A stretch of 64,000 nucleotides of DNA from Myxococcota bacterium. GTDB lineage: Bacteria > Myxococcota > XYA12-FULL-58-9 > JABJBS01. The translations under genes and the position numbers were made by a program. The stretch is taken from contig JAYZAY010000085.1 in assembly GCA_036339465.1 (NCBI GenBank), positions 32,001-96,000 on the forward strand. The letters are read 5' to 3'. Numbering within the stretch: position 1 is the stretch's first letter; each line of letters opens with the position of its first letter. Positions 18,956 through 29,768 of this stretch are shown piece after piece. Under the pieces are notes generated by a model. The model was not told where the DNA came from. It did no database searches and saw nothing but the letters and a program-made list of their open reading frames with translations.

Positions 18956-21457
18956 GTGAGAAATAGGCTAGAATTAGCTAAAGGTACTACTTGGAGTTCA
19001 AACGTGAAGAAATTGCCGTTACTACCCCTTCGAGACATTGTTGTTTTTCCGCATATGATGGTTCCGCTTTATGTTGGCCGCGCTTCTTCTATCCAGGCCG
19101 TCAACGCCGCAGTTGCGCATGACGGGGAAATCCTTCTTTGCGCGCAAAAGGAAGCGCGTACCAACAGTCCGAAGCCAGGAGAGATTTACGAGATCGGTAC
19201 CGTTGGAAATGTGATGCAACACATTAAGCGTCCCGATGGAACGGTCAAGATATTGGTCGAAGGCGTGCGCCGGGCGCGTATAGTCAATTACGTCGAGAAC
19301 TCTGACTTTTTTGCGGTGGAGTTTGAGGCCCTAGAGGTTCCCGAAATGCCAGCTGAGGACATTCTTGGGTTGATTAGAGATACCCGTGAGGCGTTCGATG
19401 TGTATGCGGGGTTATCGAAACGGCTCCAGCCGGATGTTCTCGCCAGCATTAAGGCGATCGAAAGTGCTGATCGGTTGTCAGATACAATCGTTGCGCATCT
19501 TGCGGTTAAGCATTCGGACAAGCAAGCCTTACTGGAGACGGTTTCGGCTAGGGCTAGGCTTGAGCGGCTCTTAGAGTTGATGCAATCGGAAACAGAAATC
19601 CTCACCGTCGAAAAGAAGATTCGTTCACGCGTTAAAAGACAAATGGAACGCTCTGAGAAGGAATATTATTTGAATGAGCAGATGCGTGCCATTCAGAAAG
19701 AACTTGGTGAGCGAGAAGATCTTAAGAGTGAAGTCGCGGAGCTTGAGGAGCAAATTCAAACGGTCAAGATGCCGGTGGAATCTAGGGAACGGGTTGCCAA
19801 GGAATTGAAGAAATTGAAGATGATGGCACCCATGAGCGCTGAGGCGACCGTGGTTAGAAACTATATAGATTGGTGCTTGGAGCTACCCTGGGAGACCTAC
19901 GCTGAAGAACATTTGGATTTGGAGCTCGCCGAGAATGTTCTAGATGAAGACCACTATGGTCTCAAAAAGCCCAAGGAACGCATTCTTGAGTTCTTGGCTG
20001 TCCATAAGCTGGTTGAACGGTTGCGGGGCCCGATTCTGTGCTTTGTTGGGCCGCCGGGGGTTGGGAAAACCTCTTTGGCTAAGTCGATCGCTCGAGCAAC
20101 TGGACGCGATTTTGTTCGCATGTCGCTCGGAGGTGTACGCGATGAAGCCGAAATTCGTGGACACCGAAGAACTTATATTGGGGCGATGCCAGGAAAGGTC
20201 ATTCAGGGTATAAAGAAAGCGGGTTCTTCAAATCCCGTTTTCCTATTGGACGAAATTGATAAGATATCGGCGGATTTTCGCGGGGATCCAGCTTCGGCTC
20301 TACTTGAGGTTTTGGACCCACATCAGAACAATACCTTCAACGATCACTACCTCGATCTCGATTATGACTTATCGAAGGTGATGTTTATTTGCACCGCGAA
20401 TGACACGCACGGATTGCCCCACGCTCTCAAAGATCGAATGGAAATCATTCGTATTGCTGGTTATACGGAGCTTGAGAAAACGGCCATTGGCTCAAAATAT
20501 CTGGTTCCACGGCAACAAGCAGAAAACGGTCTTAAAGACGTGGTCTTGGAATGGTCTGAAGCAAGTACGCGGTCGATTATTCAATATTATACTCGGGAGG
20601 CAGGTGTGCGGACTTTGGAGCGGGAGATCGGTGCTGTCTGTCGTAAAATCGCGCGGGGAGTGGTCGCAGGGGAAATTAAAGGGCCCAAATACCGGGTTAC
20701 GACCAGTCGGATCCGTAAGTTTCTTGGAGTAGAGAAATTCCGTTCCAGTAGGAGGGAAGACCACCCACAGATCGGAACGAGCACCGGCCTTGCCTGGACT
20801 TCGGTTGGGGGCGACATTCTCCAAATTGAAGTTGGCATGATGCCGGGTCGTGGGAAACTCATGATCACGGGCAAGCTTGGTGAGGTTATGCAGGAGTCGG
20901 CGCAGGCGGCGATGAGTTACGTGCGGTCCCGGTCCAAGTCATGGGGGCTCCAACCTAATTTCTACCAGGCCATTGATATTCACGTGCATGTTCCGGAGGG
21001 GGCGATGCCGAAAGATGGTCCTTCCGCGGGCATCACGATTTGTACTGCGCTGGTCTCTGCTCTTTCGGGAATCGCGGTTCGTAATGATATCGCCATGACA
21101 GGGGAGGTTACCTTGAGGGGTAATGTACTTCCGATTGGTGGGTTGAAGGAAAAGGCAATGGCGGCGCATCGAGCGGAGATTTTCGAAATTATTGTGCCCA
21201 AGGATAATGAGAAAGACATTGAGGATATTCCCAAGGAGATAAAAGAAGTTATGTCTTTCCATGTCGTGGAACATGTTGACGAAGTTCTTCGGCGTGCTTT
21301 GGTGTTAGCCGACCCAGAGTCCTTTTACGAACGAACGGCCGGGATGGCGACGTTTGAATTGGACGAAATGATTGATTTGGCGAGTCGGGAACGAACCATG
21401 AACCGCAGCGACGATGGGAATCCGCATCCTAGTGAGGGAACTAGGATCGTTCAGTAA
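18956..21457 (+). CDS. lon: Lon (La) protease
   Basis: [33 protein letters not shown]; start may be GTG 19004. Confidence 0.97.
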   Translation: MRNRLELAKGTTWSSNVKKLPLLPLRDIVVFPHMMVPLYVGRASSIQAVNAAVAHDGEILLCAQKEARTNSPKPGEIYEIGTVGNVMQHIKRPDGTVKILVEGVRRARIVNYVENSDFFAVEFEALEVPEMPAEDILGLIRDTREAFDVYAGLSKRLQPDVLASIKAIESADRLSDTIVAHLAVKHSDKQALLETVSARARLERLLELMQSETEILTVEKKIRSRVKRQMERSEKEYYLNEQMRAIQKELGEREDLKSEVAELEEQIQTVKMPVESRERVAKELKKLKMMAPMSAEATVVRNYIDWCLELPWETYAEEHLDLELAENVLDEDHYGLKKPKERILEFLAVHKLVERLRGPILCFVGPPGVGKTSLAKSIARATGRDFVRMSLGGVRDEAEIRGHRRTYIGAMPGKVIQGIKKAGSSNPVFLLDEIDKISADFRGDPASALLEVLDPHQNNTFNDHYLDLDYDLSKVMFICTANDTHGLPHALKDRMEIIRIAGYTELEKTAIGSKYLVPRQQAENGLKDVVLEWSEASTRSIIQYYTREAGVRTLEREIGAVCRKIARGVVAGEIKGPKYRVTTSRIRKFLGVEKFRSSRREDHPQIGTSTGLAWTSVGGDILQIEVGMMPGRGKLMITGKLGEVMQESAQAAMSYVRSRSKSWGLQPNFYQAIDIHVHVPEGAMPKDGPSAGITICTALVSALSGIAVRNDIAMTGEVTLRGNVLPIGGLKEKAMAAHRAEIFEIIVPKDNEKDIEDIPKEIKEVMSFHVVEHVDEVLRRALVLADPESFYERTAGMATFELDEMIDLASRERTMNRSDDGNPHPSEGTRIVQ

Positions 21458-21472
21458 GCGATTGGAATAGCA

Positions 21473-22084
21473 CTAGAGCTTAAGCGCGCTGGACGATTGA
21501 GGTTCGCTCAGCGCAGCCGTTAGCGAGGGGGCCTTTTCGATATTTCGAAAGATTGGCTGGCTAGCGCCCCTTGCGCCAGACTCAAGGATATCATGATCGA
21601 CGGGTGTGCGTGTCGGCAATTTTCCGAGAAGGATTTGAGCTTCCTCTCCACCCAACTTGCCTTTATCTACCGATACTAGGAGAGTTGATTTAAGATAGCC
21701 GGTTGTATTTTTGAGATGTTGCTTTTGGTGTTGGTAACGCCTTTGAGCTTTTTCATCTAGTTTTGCTTGCTCTTCAATACTATCTGACCAGGTTTGGATG
21801 AACTGCTCGAAGCGCTCTGCCTGGTTGACTAGAATCATACTTGCGACTTCATAGGGCAAGTCTGAGAGTAGGATGGATGGGGCCGCTTTTTGAAGGATGC
21901 GGGTGAAGTCACCGCGGGCACTCTTTTCTTGGAGCGCTTTTTGTACTTCATTACGAAGGTTCTGGGGGTCAATGTCTGGTCGAGTCGGAACCGAGTTGCG
22001 CTTGTGGGGTGTCGTCGACTTGAGATCGGATTGGGATAAGACCGGGCCATCAATGGGTGTTTTCATGGGAATACCTACAATCAA
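21473..22084 (-). CDS. Hypothetical protein
   Basis: 203-aa ORF co-oriented with the DUF1015 gene; no recognised motif. Confidence 0.5.
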   Translation of the reverse strand: MIVGIPMKTPIDGPVLSQSDLKSTTPHKRNSVPTRPDIDPQNLRNEVQKALQEKSARGDFTRILQKAAPSILLSDLPYEVASMILVNQAERFEQFIQTWSDSIEEQAKLDEKAQRRYQHQKQHLKNTTGYLKSTLLVSVDKGKLGGEEAQILLGKLPTRTPVDHDILESGARGASQPIFRNIEKAPSLTAALSEPQSSSALKL

Positions 22085-22106
22085 ATGGCTTGGTTCGGCT
22101 GATGTT

Positions 22107-23336
22107 TTAGGGCGTTAGCATGTGAATGATCAGGCCATCACGTAGTTTGGGTTCAAACCAAGTACTCTTCGGGGGCATTATTTCACCCGCATCGGCAACT
22201 TCGAGCAAATCCTCCACCGAGGTTGGGTGCAGTTTAAACGCGACAGCGCAATCTTCGTGTACCCGCTTTTCTAGTTCTGCCCGTCCCCGAATACCCCCAA
22301 TGAAGGCAATTCGCTTGTCAGTACGTGGGTCTTCTATGCCGAGTAATGGACTAAGAATGTTCGTTTGTAGAATGGACACATCTAAGGATGAAATAGGGCC
22401 GCGGGAGTTTGTAAGTACTGAATCACGCGTGCTTAGGGTGTACCAAGACCCGCCAAGGTACATTTCAAAATGATTGGGTTTCGGATGCTCCAACTGCCCA
22501 GAGAAGAGCTCGAATCGGTCTTGGATTTTTTCGAGGAAAGCTTCAGGCGTATGGCCGTTTAGGTCCTTAACAGCACGATTATAATCTAGAATCAGTAATT
22601 CATCTGAGGAAAATGAGACGGCTAGGAACCGTTCAGCGTATTGGTGGTGGTCTGGGGTACCCCTAAGATTTTGAGCCACCTTGGCTGCCGCCGCGGACCT
22701 ATGGTGACCATCCGCTATGTAGAGGGCGGGTTGCTTGGCAAAGGCATTGGTGATCTCGAGTTGCTGTTCGGCACTTTCAATCTGCCATAGTTCATGGCGG
22801 ATGCCGTCGCTGGCCGTGAAGTCGTAGATCGGCGGCGATTGTTTTGCGTTGGTAATTATTTTCGACAGGCAATCATCGGGGCGGTGCAGTAGAAATACGG
22901 TGCCAGATTGGGCGTTGAGGGCTGTAATGTTTTTAATTCGGTCCTCTTCTTTATCTGGGCGGGTGAGTTCATGCTTTTTGACGATTTCTTGTTCATAGTC
23001 CTCGACAGAAGCCAAGAGCACATAACCTGTTTGGGTGCGTCCGTTCATGGTGAGGGCATAAATGAAATAGTGTTCCTCATCGTCGCGGACTAGGATCCCC
23101 TCGGAGATTAGGCGATCAAGGGCTGTGCGGCCTTGGGCGTAGACTTCGGTACTGTAGGCATCAATATCAGTGGCCAAATCGATCTCTGGTTTCGTGACAT
23201 GTAGGAAGCTGTGATGGTTGTCTCGCACCAGATTTTTCGCCTCAGGTCGGTTCACCACATCGTATGGAACGGATGCGACTTGGGGTGCGAGGTCTTGTCG
23301 GGGTCTAAGTGCTTTAATTGGGTAGATTGTTGCCAT
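22107..23336 (-). CDS. DUF1015 family protein
   Basis: PYDVV, KKHELT...KEEDR, YIADGHHRSA, MPPKSTWFEPKLR.GL. Confidence 0.9.
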   Translation of the reverse strand: MATIYPIKALRPRQDLAPQVASVPYDVVNRPEAKNLVRDNHHSFLHVTKPEIDLATDIDAYSTEVYAQGRTALDRLISEGILVRDDEEHYFIYALTMNGRTQTGYVLLASVEDYEQEIVKKHELTRPDKEEDRIKNITALNAQSGTVFLLHRPDDCLSKIITNAKQSPPIYDFTASDGIRHELWQIESAEQQLEITNAFAKQPALYIADGHHRSAAAAKVAQNLRGTPDHHQYAERFLAVSFSSDELLILDYNRAVKDLNGHTPEAFLEKIQDRFELFSGQLEHPKPNHFEMYLGGSWYTLSTRDSVLTNSRGPISSLDVSILQTNILSPLLGIEDPRTDKRIAFIGGIRGRAELEKRVHEDCAVAFKLHPTSVEDLLEVADAGEIMPPKSTWFEPKLRDGLIIHMLTP

Positions 23337-23360
23337 GCCTAGTAGCTCCTTGTCGTTAGG

Positions 23361-24017
23361 TTAGTCGAGTTCGATGGTTTCGATTATCACGGCGTGTTTC
23401 GGAACATCGCGCATTCCTGGAGGCAATTTCTCGTCGCAGGGCTCACGAGTTGCGCTTGGGCACAAGGTCTCCGATTTAGCAATTCTATCTACAACTTCCA
23501 TACCTTCCACTACCTCGGCAAAGACGGTGTAGCCTGGATTTTTGTGTCCCTTGTAGTCGAGCCTCTGGTTATTTTCGACGTTGATAAAAAACTGAGAGGT
23601 AGCGGAATCCGGTGAACGTGTTCGTGCCATGGCGACGGTGCCTCTTTTATTGCTGAGGCGATTGGAGGACTCATTCTTGATTGGGGTTCTTGGCGTGGCC
23701 TTGGATAGATTTTCTTTGAAGCCGCCGGCTTGGATCATGAAACCAGGTATCACGCGATGAAAGACCGTTTTCTCGTAAAAGCCATCTTCGATATATTTGA
23801 CGAAATTCGCGACGGTTTGGGGAGCTTTGTCGGCAAAGAGATTTAGCTTGATGACGCCGGCGTTGGTACGAATCATCACCGCCCCACTAACATCGGGTGG
23901 GGCTAGACTTGCTTCTTCGTCTTCTTTGGCTCCTTCGTCTCCAGAGTCCTCTGCTTTGTCGCACGCTCCTACGAGGCTCAGGGCCCCGACGAAGGCTAAC
24001 CATAAAAGTTTTTGCAC
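23361..24017 (-). CDS. Cyclophilin-type peptidyl-prolyl isomerase, probable lipoprotein
   Basis: AP.TVANF, FHRVIPGFMIQ.GG, AMART..PDSATSQFFIN; lipobox LVGAC; GTG 24017 with GAGGAG upstream. Confidence 0.9.
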   Translation of the reverse strand: MQKLLWLAFVGALSLVGACDKAEDSGDEGAKEDEEASLAPPDVSGAVMIRTNAGVIKLNLFADKAPQTVANFVKYIEDGFYEKTVFHRVIPGFMIQAGGFKENLSKATPRTPIKNESSNRLSNKRGTVAMARTRSPDSATSQFFINVENNQRLDYKGHKNPGYTVFAEVVEGMEVVDRIAKSETLCPSATREPCDEKLPPGMRDVPKHAVIIETIELD

Positions 24018-24113
24018 AATTTTCTCCTCATCCCTGGTTTTCTGAGCATCTCTTCTAAACCACTGGCGTAAGAGCTTCAAGAAGGAGAGATAGGGAATTT
24101 GGGAGGTAGGAAT

Positions 24114-25250
24114 CTATGCTTGTGGTTGGCCCGGCGTACGACGACCAGGAGTTCGACCGTTTCTTCCGCTTTGACCCTTTGTGGCACTGGGTGCAGCGGC
24201 CGGTTGCGGGGGGGCGACTTTCTGCTGAGTTGATTCGTCACCGGTCTTAGGAACTAAGCCGAAATGTTGCCGGATTCGTAGTTCGATACTGTGCATTAAT
24301 TCAGGGTTGACCGAGAGGAATTTCGTGGTTTGTTCCCGGCCTTGCCCAAGTCGGTCACCTTGGTGAGAATACCAGGAGCCACTTTTGTCGATGATGCCGA
24401 TGTCGGTTCCCAGATCGAGAATATCCCCGACTTTTGAAATTCCTTCGCCGTATAAAATATCAAATTCGTGCTCCCGAAATGGCGCCGCCAGCTTATTTTT
24501 GACGACCTTTACGCGTGTGCGATTGCCGAGAACCTGGTCCGAATTTTTAATCGCCCCAATGCGGCGAATATCAAGCCTTACACTGGAGTAAAATTTGAGT
24601 GCATTTCCGCCGGTTGTTGTTTCAGGACTGCCAAACATGACACCAATTTTCATCCGAATCTGGTTAATGAATACGACGCAGGCCCGGCTTTTCGAAATAA
24701 TCCCGGTCAATTTTCGCAATGCTTGACTCATCAATCGGGCCTGTAGCCCAACATGACTATCACCCATATCCCCTTCGATTTCTGCACGCGGGACGAGGGC
24801 CGCTACGGAATCTACAACAAGTAGGTCCACTGCGTTTGAACGGACCAACATTTCTAAAATCTCGAGCGCTTGCTCGCCGGTGTCTGGCTGTGAGACGAGT
24901 AAGTCGTCGGTATTGACACCCAGCTTTTTCGCATAACTGACATCCAAAGCATGCTCTGCGTCGATAAATGCCGCGACACCACCATTCTTTTGGGCTTCAG
25001 CGATGGCGTGTAGGGTTAATGTGGTTTTACCACTCGATTCAGGACCATAGATTTCAACGACCCGACCTCGGGGGATTCCGCCGATCCCTAACGCAACATC
25101 GAGTCCAATTGAACCCGTCGAAATAGTCGGTATCTCTGTGGGCTGGTGATTTTCCCCGAGGCGCATAATTGCCCCTTTTCCGAACTGTTTTTGGATGGAG
25201 CCAATGGCCAACTCAATTGCCTTTTCTCGGTCGATTGTATTGTTTTTCAT
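24114..25250 (-). CDS. recA: Recombinase RecA
   Basis: [44 protein letters not shown]. Confidence 0.99.
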   Translation of the reverse strand: MKNNTIDREKAIELAIGSIQKQFGKGAIMRLGENHQPTEIPTISTGSIGLDVALGIGGIPRGRVVEIYGPESSGKTTLTLHAIAEAQKNGGVAAFIDAEHALDVSYAKKLGVNTDDLLVSQPDTGEQALEILEMLVRSNAVDLLVVDSVAALVPRAEIEGDMGDSHVGLQARLMSQALRKLTGIISKSRACVVFINQIRMKIGVMFGSPETTTGGNALKFYSSVRLDIRRIGAIKNSDQVLGNRTRVKVVKNKLAAPFREHEFDILYGEGISKVGDILDLGTDIGIIDKSGSWYSHQGDRLGQGREQTTKFLSVNPELMHSIELRIRQHFGLVPKTGDESTQQKVAPPQPAAAPSATKGQSGRNGRTPGRRTPGQPQA

Positions 25251-25328
25251 GCTTGGTGCTTCCTAATTAAAAAAAGTAAAAGGTTACCGGAATGTCTGTG
25301 TAGGAAATAGCCTTTTCGTTGTTGTACA

Positions 25329-25344
25329 CTGAACAAATGTCCAA
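25329..25344. promoter_or_regulatory. Putative LexA (SOS) box upstream of recA
   Basis: Minus strand TTGGACATTTGTTCAG, 14/16 match to the M. xanthus-type consensus CTRHAMRYBYGTTCAG. Confidence 0.7.
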
Positions 25345-25504
25345 TGCTAGTTTTGTGTGGGTTTTGATAGATTTTTCTGCTTCGATTTGAACTAATTTGA
25401 ACTAATTTGTACAAAGGACAATTCCGAACTGAAAGTTCGCCGCGAACTTTTTGACTTGGAGCCAAAATTTATTAAGGCTAACAGTCATGGGGAATATTAC
25501 ATAA

Positions 25505-27223
25505 ATGAGCAATAAGTCGAGCGTTTCGCCGCAAATGAGGGTTAGAGCTGCTGCTACCTGGGCAAGGCGGCTCGGGTCTGTTTTCGAAAGGGTAGCGCTT
25601 TTTGAGATCAGCGGAACAAGTGCGAAGGTCGTCTTCGTAAAGGGGCTAGATCTTACTGCTCGTGAGCGGGAGGTGAGCTTAACCGCGAATACCCCCCTGC
25701 GTTGGACCATCGAAGCGGCCTCACCTGTGGTCGGTTCTGGCAGAGCACCGGGGGCAAAGCGAATAGCGGAAATTCTAGGTGTCGATATTCCACGGGCTTT
25801 TGCCGTTCTGCCTTTGGTCATTGGCGGGCGACTGCAGGCTCTGGCCTACGCAGACAACGGCAATCGGCCGCTACCCTTGGTCGCGGTGAGTCGGGTTTTT
25901 GAGGTTTGCGACGCGGCGGTTCATGAGGATCTTAGCAAGTCGGAACGTGTGGCGAACCCAGTCGAAAGGAATGAAAGATCTTCCCGGGGTTTGGATTTCA
26001 TTACTTCCACCGCTAATAAACGGAAGCGATTTAGCTTACGAGGAATAGATGGGGATGACTATCGACGCCGCCTCGCTGCGGAAGAGGTTACAGAGGAGTT
26101 AGCTGAAGGCAAATCATTTGCATTGGAGCTTCCCGCTAATAACGTTATTCCTTTTGTACCAATCCCTAAGGTACGGGCCTTAGTGGCTTCAAATGTGCGG
26201 CAGAGGTCGAGTGTTACCAATCGCACTTTGAATGGGTGGAGTCGGATTGCCACTGCAGCCTGTTTGGCCGTTGGCCTATCTGGCTTAGGGATGCTTGGAG
26301 CATCTCCACCCAAACGTATGACACAGCACGCAACTCTTGAGATCGAGCAGGGAACCACCGTGTCGCAAATTGCGCATCAGTTACAGACGGGTGGCATCGT
26401 TAGAAGTGCCTTTATGTTTCAATTGATGGCGAGAGCGCAGGGGGTTGATCGCGCGATCCGCGCTGGTTACTACAGTTTATCGCCGGGTATGTGGCTCTGG
26501 GATGTTGTTAGGACGCTCCATGTCGGTCAGGTTGCAAAGGAGTTGATAACGATTCCCGAGGGACTCAAGCTGGTGGAAATCGCTAATTTATTTGAAGAAA
26601 AGGGGCTCGCAACGGTCGAAGGATTTTTGGAGGCCGCACGGGACCCACGGCTTATTCAAAAATACCACCTCCCTGGTACCTCAGTAGAAGGCTTTGTGTT
26701 TCCCGAAACCTATGTGTTTGCCCGAGGGCTTGCGCCATTTAATATGGTGGATACAATGGTAGAGCTTTTCTTTGATCGTCTAAATCGCATTTATCCCATT
26801 GATAGCCTCTCGACCGCAGAACTTCTACGAAAAGTTTCTTTGGCGTCTATTGTAGAAAAGGAAGCGAGAAGGCCCGACGAGAAAGCCCGAGTGGCTGGGG
26901 TCTTCTACAACAGGATGAAGCGGAATATGAAATTGGAATCGTGCGCCACGGTTCAATATGTACTCGATAAGCCAAAGGAGAAGTTGAGGTTAGCGGATCT
27001 TAGAATTAGTTCTCCCTACAACACCTATCGGAACCGAGGATTGCCTCCAGGCCCTATTTCAAGTCCAGGTAGTGAGGCACTGAGTGCTGTTTTTCAGCCC
27101 GAAGAACATGACTATCTATTCTTCGTTGCGATTAAGGACGGTTCTCATCGCCATGTGTTTACTGAGAGTTATTCAGAGCACAAAAGGGCCATCAAGCGCC
27201 TTCGCAAGGAAGGCCGTTTCTAA
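25505..27223 (+). CDS. mltG: Endolytic transglycosylase MltG with long N-terminal extension
   Basis: TIPEG, EGFVFPETY, LASIVEKE, VAGVFYNR, SPYNTY...GLPPGPI.SP, YLFFV. Confidence 0.9.
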   Translation: MSNKSSVSPQMRVRAAATWARRLGSVFERVALFEISGTSAKVVFVKGLDLTAREREVSLTANTPLRWTIEAASPVVGSGRAPGAKRIAEILGVDIPRAFAVLPLVIGGRLQALAYADNGNRPLPLVAVSRVFEVCDAAVHEDLSKSERVANPVERNERSSRGLDFITSTANKRKRFSLRGIDGDDYRRRLAAEEVTEELAEGKSFALELPANNVIPFVPIPKVRALVASNVRQRSSVTNRTLNGWSRIATAACLAVGLSGLGMLGASPPKRMTQHATLEIEQGTTVSQIAHQLQTGGIVRSAFMFQLMARAQGVDRAIRAGYYSLSPGMWLWDVVRTLHVGQVAKELITIPEGLKLVEIANLFEEKGLATVEGFLEAARDPRLIQKYHLPGTSVEGFVFPETYVFARGLAPFNMVDTMVELFFDRLNRIYPIDSLSTAELLRKVSLASIVEKEARRPDEKARVAGVFYNRMKRNMKLESCATVQYVLDKPKEKLRLADLRISSPYNTYRNRGLPPGPISSPGSEALSAVFQPEEHDYLFFVAIKDGSHRHVFTESYSEHKRAIKRLRKEGRF

Positions 27224-27233
27224 TTTACTCGTT

Positions 27234-29474
27234 TCATTTCAGTTCTCTTGGAATGGGGCTGGGGATCCATCCCTTTTGGTCAGGCGTATACAGTTGTTGA
27301 TAGATTCCCCAGGTTTGCATGACGCGTTTCACATATTTTCGCGTCTCCCGAATTGGAATGTCTTCGACAAATTCATCCAGCGAATCTCCGAGGTGTCTTT
27401 TCCACCAAGTTTTAACCCAGGGCATGGTTGAATTATACGCCGCAAGGGTCATCGCTATATGCCCTTTGAGTTTGTCCTGGAGCCCTCTTAAAAGCAGTGC
27501 GCCGAGCCTGGCATTCAACTTAGGGTCAAATAGTAGCGTGGAATCGGAAATGTTGATTGGCGGCTCTAGCTTACTCCCTAAAGCTTTGGCCCGGTCTGGC
27601 ATGAGCTGAACCAACCCCATAGCACCGGCCCAACTAAGGGCTTCTGGATTGAAGGCACTTTCTTCTCTTGCAATAGATTGTAAGAGCAACCCAGGAATAG
27701 TCTGCTCGCTTTCTGCCGCCCCAAGTTCATCTCGAAATGCCAATGGGTAGGCCATCTCAAATGCAACTTTGGGCAGATTTGAACCGGCCTGAAGGAGTTC
27801 GCTGGTCATGTGTCTCCGCAGAAAGAGTTGCCCGTGAGCTGATTTGCCCACAAGTTGAAGGGTCTGCGCGACCGAAATCAGATGTGCCAACCGGTCTTCA
27901 CCAATATGTTCCTTGGCCCTAAATTCGACGCCCCGAGCCCGATTTTCAGCCCATGGCGTTAGGCCGTAGTAAGCATGGTGGGCCACGGTTCTAAACTCAG
28001 TGGATTTACCGGATTCTTCTCCCTCCTCTGCCTGGACGTAGGAGCCCGAAACCGAGTAAATCTGTCTGAACTTCAATGGCTCGGAGACTCCTACTTGCCC
28101 TAGGCGGTGCCGGGCTAAGTGCCCATAAAATGTCAGAGGATATGCTGAGAGCAAATGTTCGAACTGCTTTCTCATGTCGCCTGTCCGTTTTTGTTGCTCA
28201 TAAAATCGGCCGATCCAATAGATAGCCCGGGCTTTTTCGTGGATATCTTTAATACAGCCGGGGCTTTCGAGTGAGTTCGAAAGGTGAGTAATGGCGTCAG
28301 GCAATTCATGTTGTCGATAGGCCATCCAACTCATTCGCCAGAGGGCATCGGCGCAGTGGTCTTTGTCCTGACGTAATTTTGGGATCCTTGAATAGAAGGC
28401 ATTGGCCGATCCGATCTTGTTTCGACGCTGGTACAGGTCTCCTGCCCAAAATAGGATGTCATCGACCATGGTATGTTGCGGGTAGTTTTCAAGGAACTTC
28501 TGCATGATGGGAATCGCTTCTAGGCCGTCCGAAATAGAGACCACCTTTGCCCATACATAATGAGCTCTACGGCTAATACTCCTATCCGGACAACCCAACG
28601 CAACCTTTTCTAGGTCGGTAGCAGCGTCTCGGTAGTTATGTGTTTTGCGGTAGGTGACGCCCCGCGCGAAGCGGAGTCGACAATCCTGGCTGGCAGTCAG
28701 TTTTGTGGTTCCAAGTGAACCAAGTGTCTCAAGGACTCGAGAATTCTGGTGTAGATTTACGAATGATTCCGCCCGACGAATCTGAAGTTCAACCGGTGGC
28801 GTTGATTCTAGGTCCGCCTCGGTGAATAAGGTGGGCGCTTTGGTATAACCGAGTTGAGCGAAATGTTTTCTCAGTTTTTCAGATGCATGTGAGGAAAAGG
28901 CGTCCACAAAAAGCCTTAGAAAATAGGCGTACTCCTCATAGGATAACTTGTCGACTCTAAATCTCTCGAATTCGGTCTGGAGCTTGTCGATGGAGTTGTA
29001 AGAATGGACCAATGCTTGGGCCACCAGTTGCCAGGCACCGCCAGTCAAAAACCCCTCGCTTTTGAGCAACCGATCCGCACTTTGTAGGACTGCGGCCCAG
29101 TTTTGCTCCGCACCACTGACAAGCAGATTGAGTTCTTTACAACTTTTTTCTAGGATTTTTTGTTTTTCGAGTCTGGGTAATAGCCGCTTTGCCTGAGTGA
29201 GTTCACCGGAAGCCACCGAGGCCCACGCTCGGATAAATAAAGCTTCGTTGGAGTTCATATTAGCTACCAGTCGGGAGGCTGAGGGAAATTGCCCCATTTC
29301 AATATGTTGGCTAGCCCGACGAATGATGTTCTGGGGGGCCTGTGGCAGCCAGGTTCTACTTTTGACCTGATCTGACGTGCGTTCCAGCGTGCTTTTAGCT
29401 AAACCGGAGGTAGGAAACATGCCATGAGCCAAAGCGAGACCGAGGTAGATTAGAGCCTTATTAACCATAGGCAC
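27234..29474 (-). CDS. Soluble lytic transglycosylase (TPR/superhelical region plus SLT domain)
   Basis: YPLAF, IAREESAF, GAMGLVQLMP, AAYN, IPIRETRKYVKRV; signal peptide. Confidence 0.88.
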   Translation of the reverse strand: MPMVNKALIYLGLALAHGMFPTSGLAKSTLERTSDQVKSRTWLPQAPQNIIRRASQHIEMGQFPSASRLVANMNSNEALFIRAWASVASGELTQAKRLLPRLEKQKILEKSCKELNLLVSGAEQNWAAVLQSADRLLKSEGFLTGGAWQLVAQALVHSYNSIDKLQTEFERFRVDKLSYEEYAYFLRLFVDAFSSHASEKLRKHFAQLGYTKAPTLFTEADLESTPPVELQIRRAESFVNLHQNSRVLETLGSLGTTKLTASQDCRLRFARGVTYRKTHNYRDAATDLEKVALGCPDRSISRRAHYVWAKVVSISDGLEAIPIMQKFLENYPQHTMVDDILFWAGDLYQRRNKIGSANAFYSRIPKLRQDKDHCADALWRMSWMAYRQHELPDAITHLSNSLESPGCIKDIHEKARAIYWIGRFYEQQKRTGDMRKQFEHLLSAYPLTFYGHLARHRLGQVGVSEPLKFRQIYSVSGSYVQAEEGEESGKSTEFRTVAHHAYYGLTPWAENRARGVEFRAKEHIGEDRLAHLISVAQTLQLVGKSAHGQLFLRRHMTSELLQAGSNLPKVAFEMAYPLAFRDELGAAESEQTIPGLLLQSIAREESAFNPEALSWAGAMGLVQLMPDRAKALGSKLEPPINISDSTLLFDPKLNARLGALLLRGLQDKLKGHIAMTLAAYNSTMPWVKTWWKRHLGDSLDEFVEDIPIRETRKYVKRVMQTWGIYQQLYTPDQKGWIPSPIPRELK

Positions 29475-29768
29475 TTCATGGCGGATCTCGGCAGGCGAGT
29501 CCAGATTTGAATCTTTTCGGTATCGAAAGCCCAGCCCGTCCTACATTTAGACCGCAAAACTACATATTTTAGTCCCTTAGGTAGTGTGTTTACCGTCGGT
29601 ATTCCGACTCATTCCCCATCAAATTGGCAGCCTTTCGACGATTTCTACCGTCATCCAGCCGTAAGTACTCGAAATTCTATGGGTGCTGCCAAATGGCATG
29701 GGATTTGCTGCTTTCTTGTTGAAGGTTGGTGGCGAGTTATTGAGTGGCGCCCTTTTTGGAGGTTATCG

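Noticed and set aside
25425..25439. Firmicutes-type SOS box (CGAAC-N4-GTTCG)
   Set aside because: Spacer is 5 nt, and a better Myxococcus-type box is shared by recA and lexA
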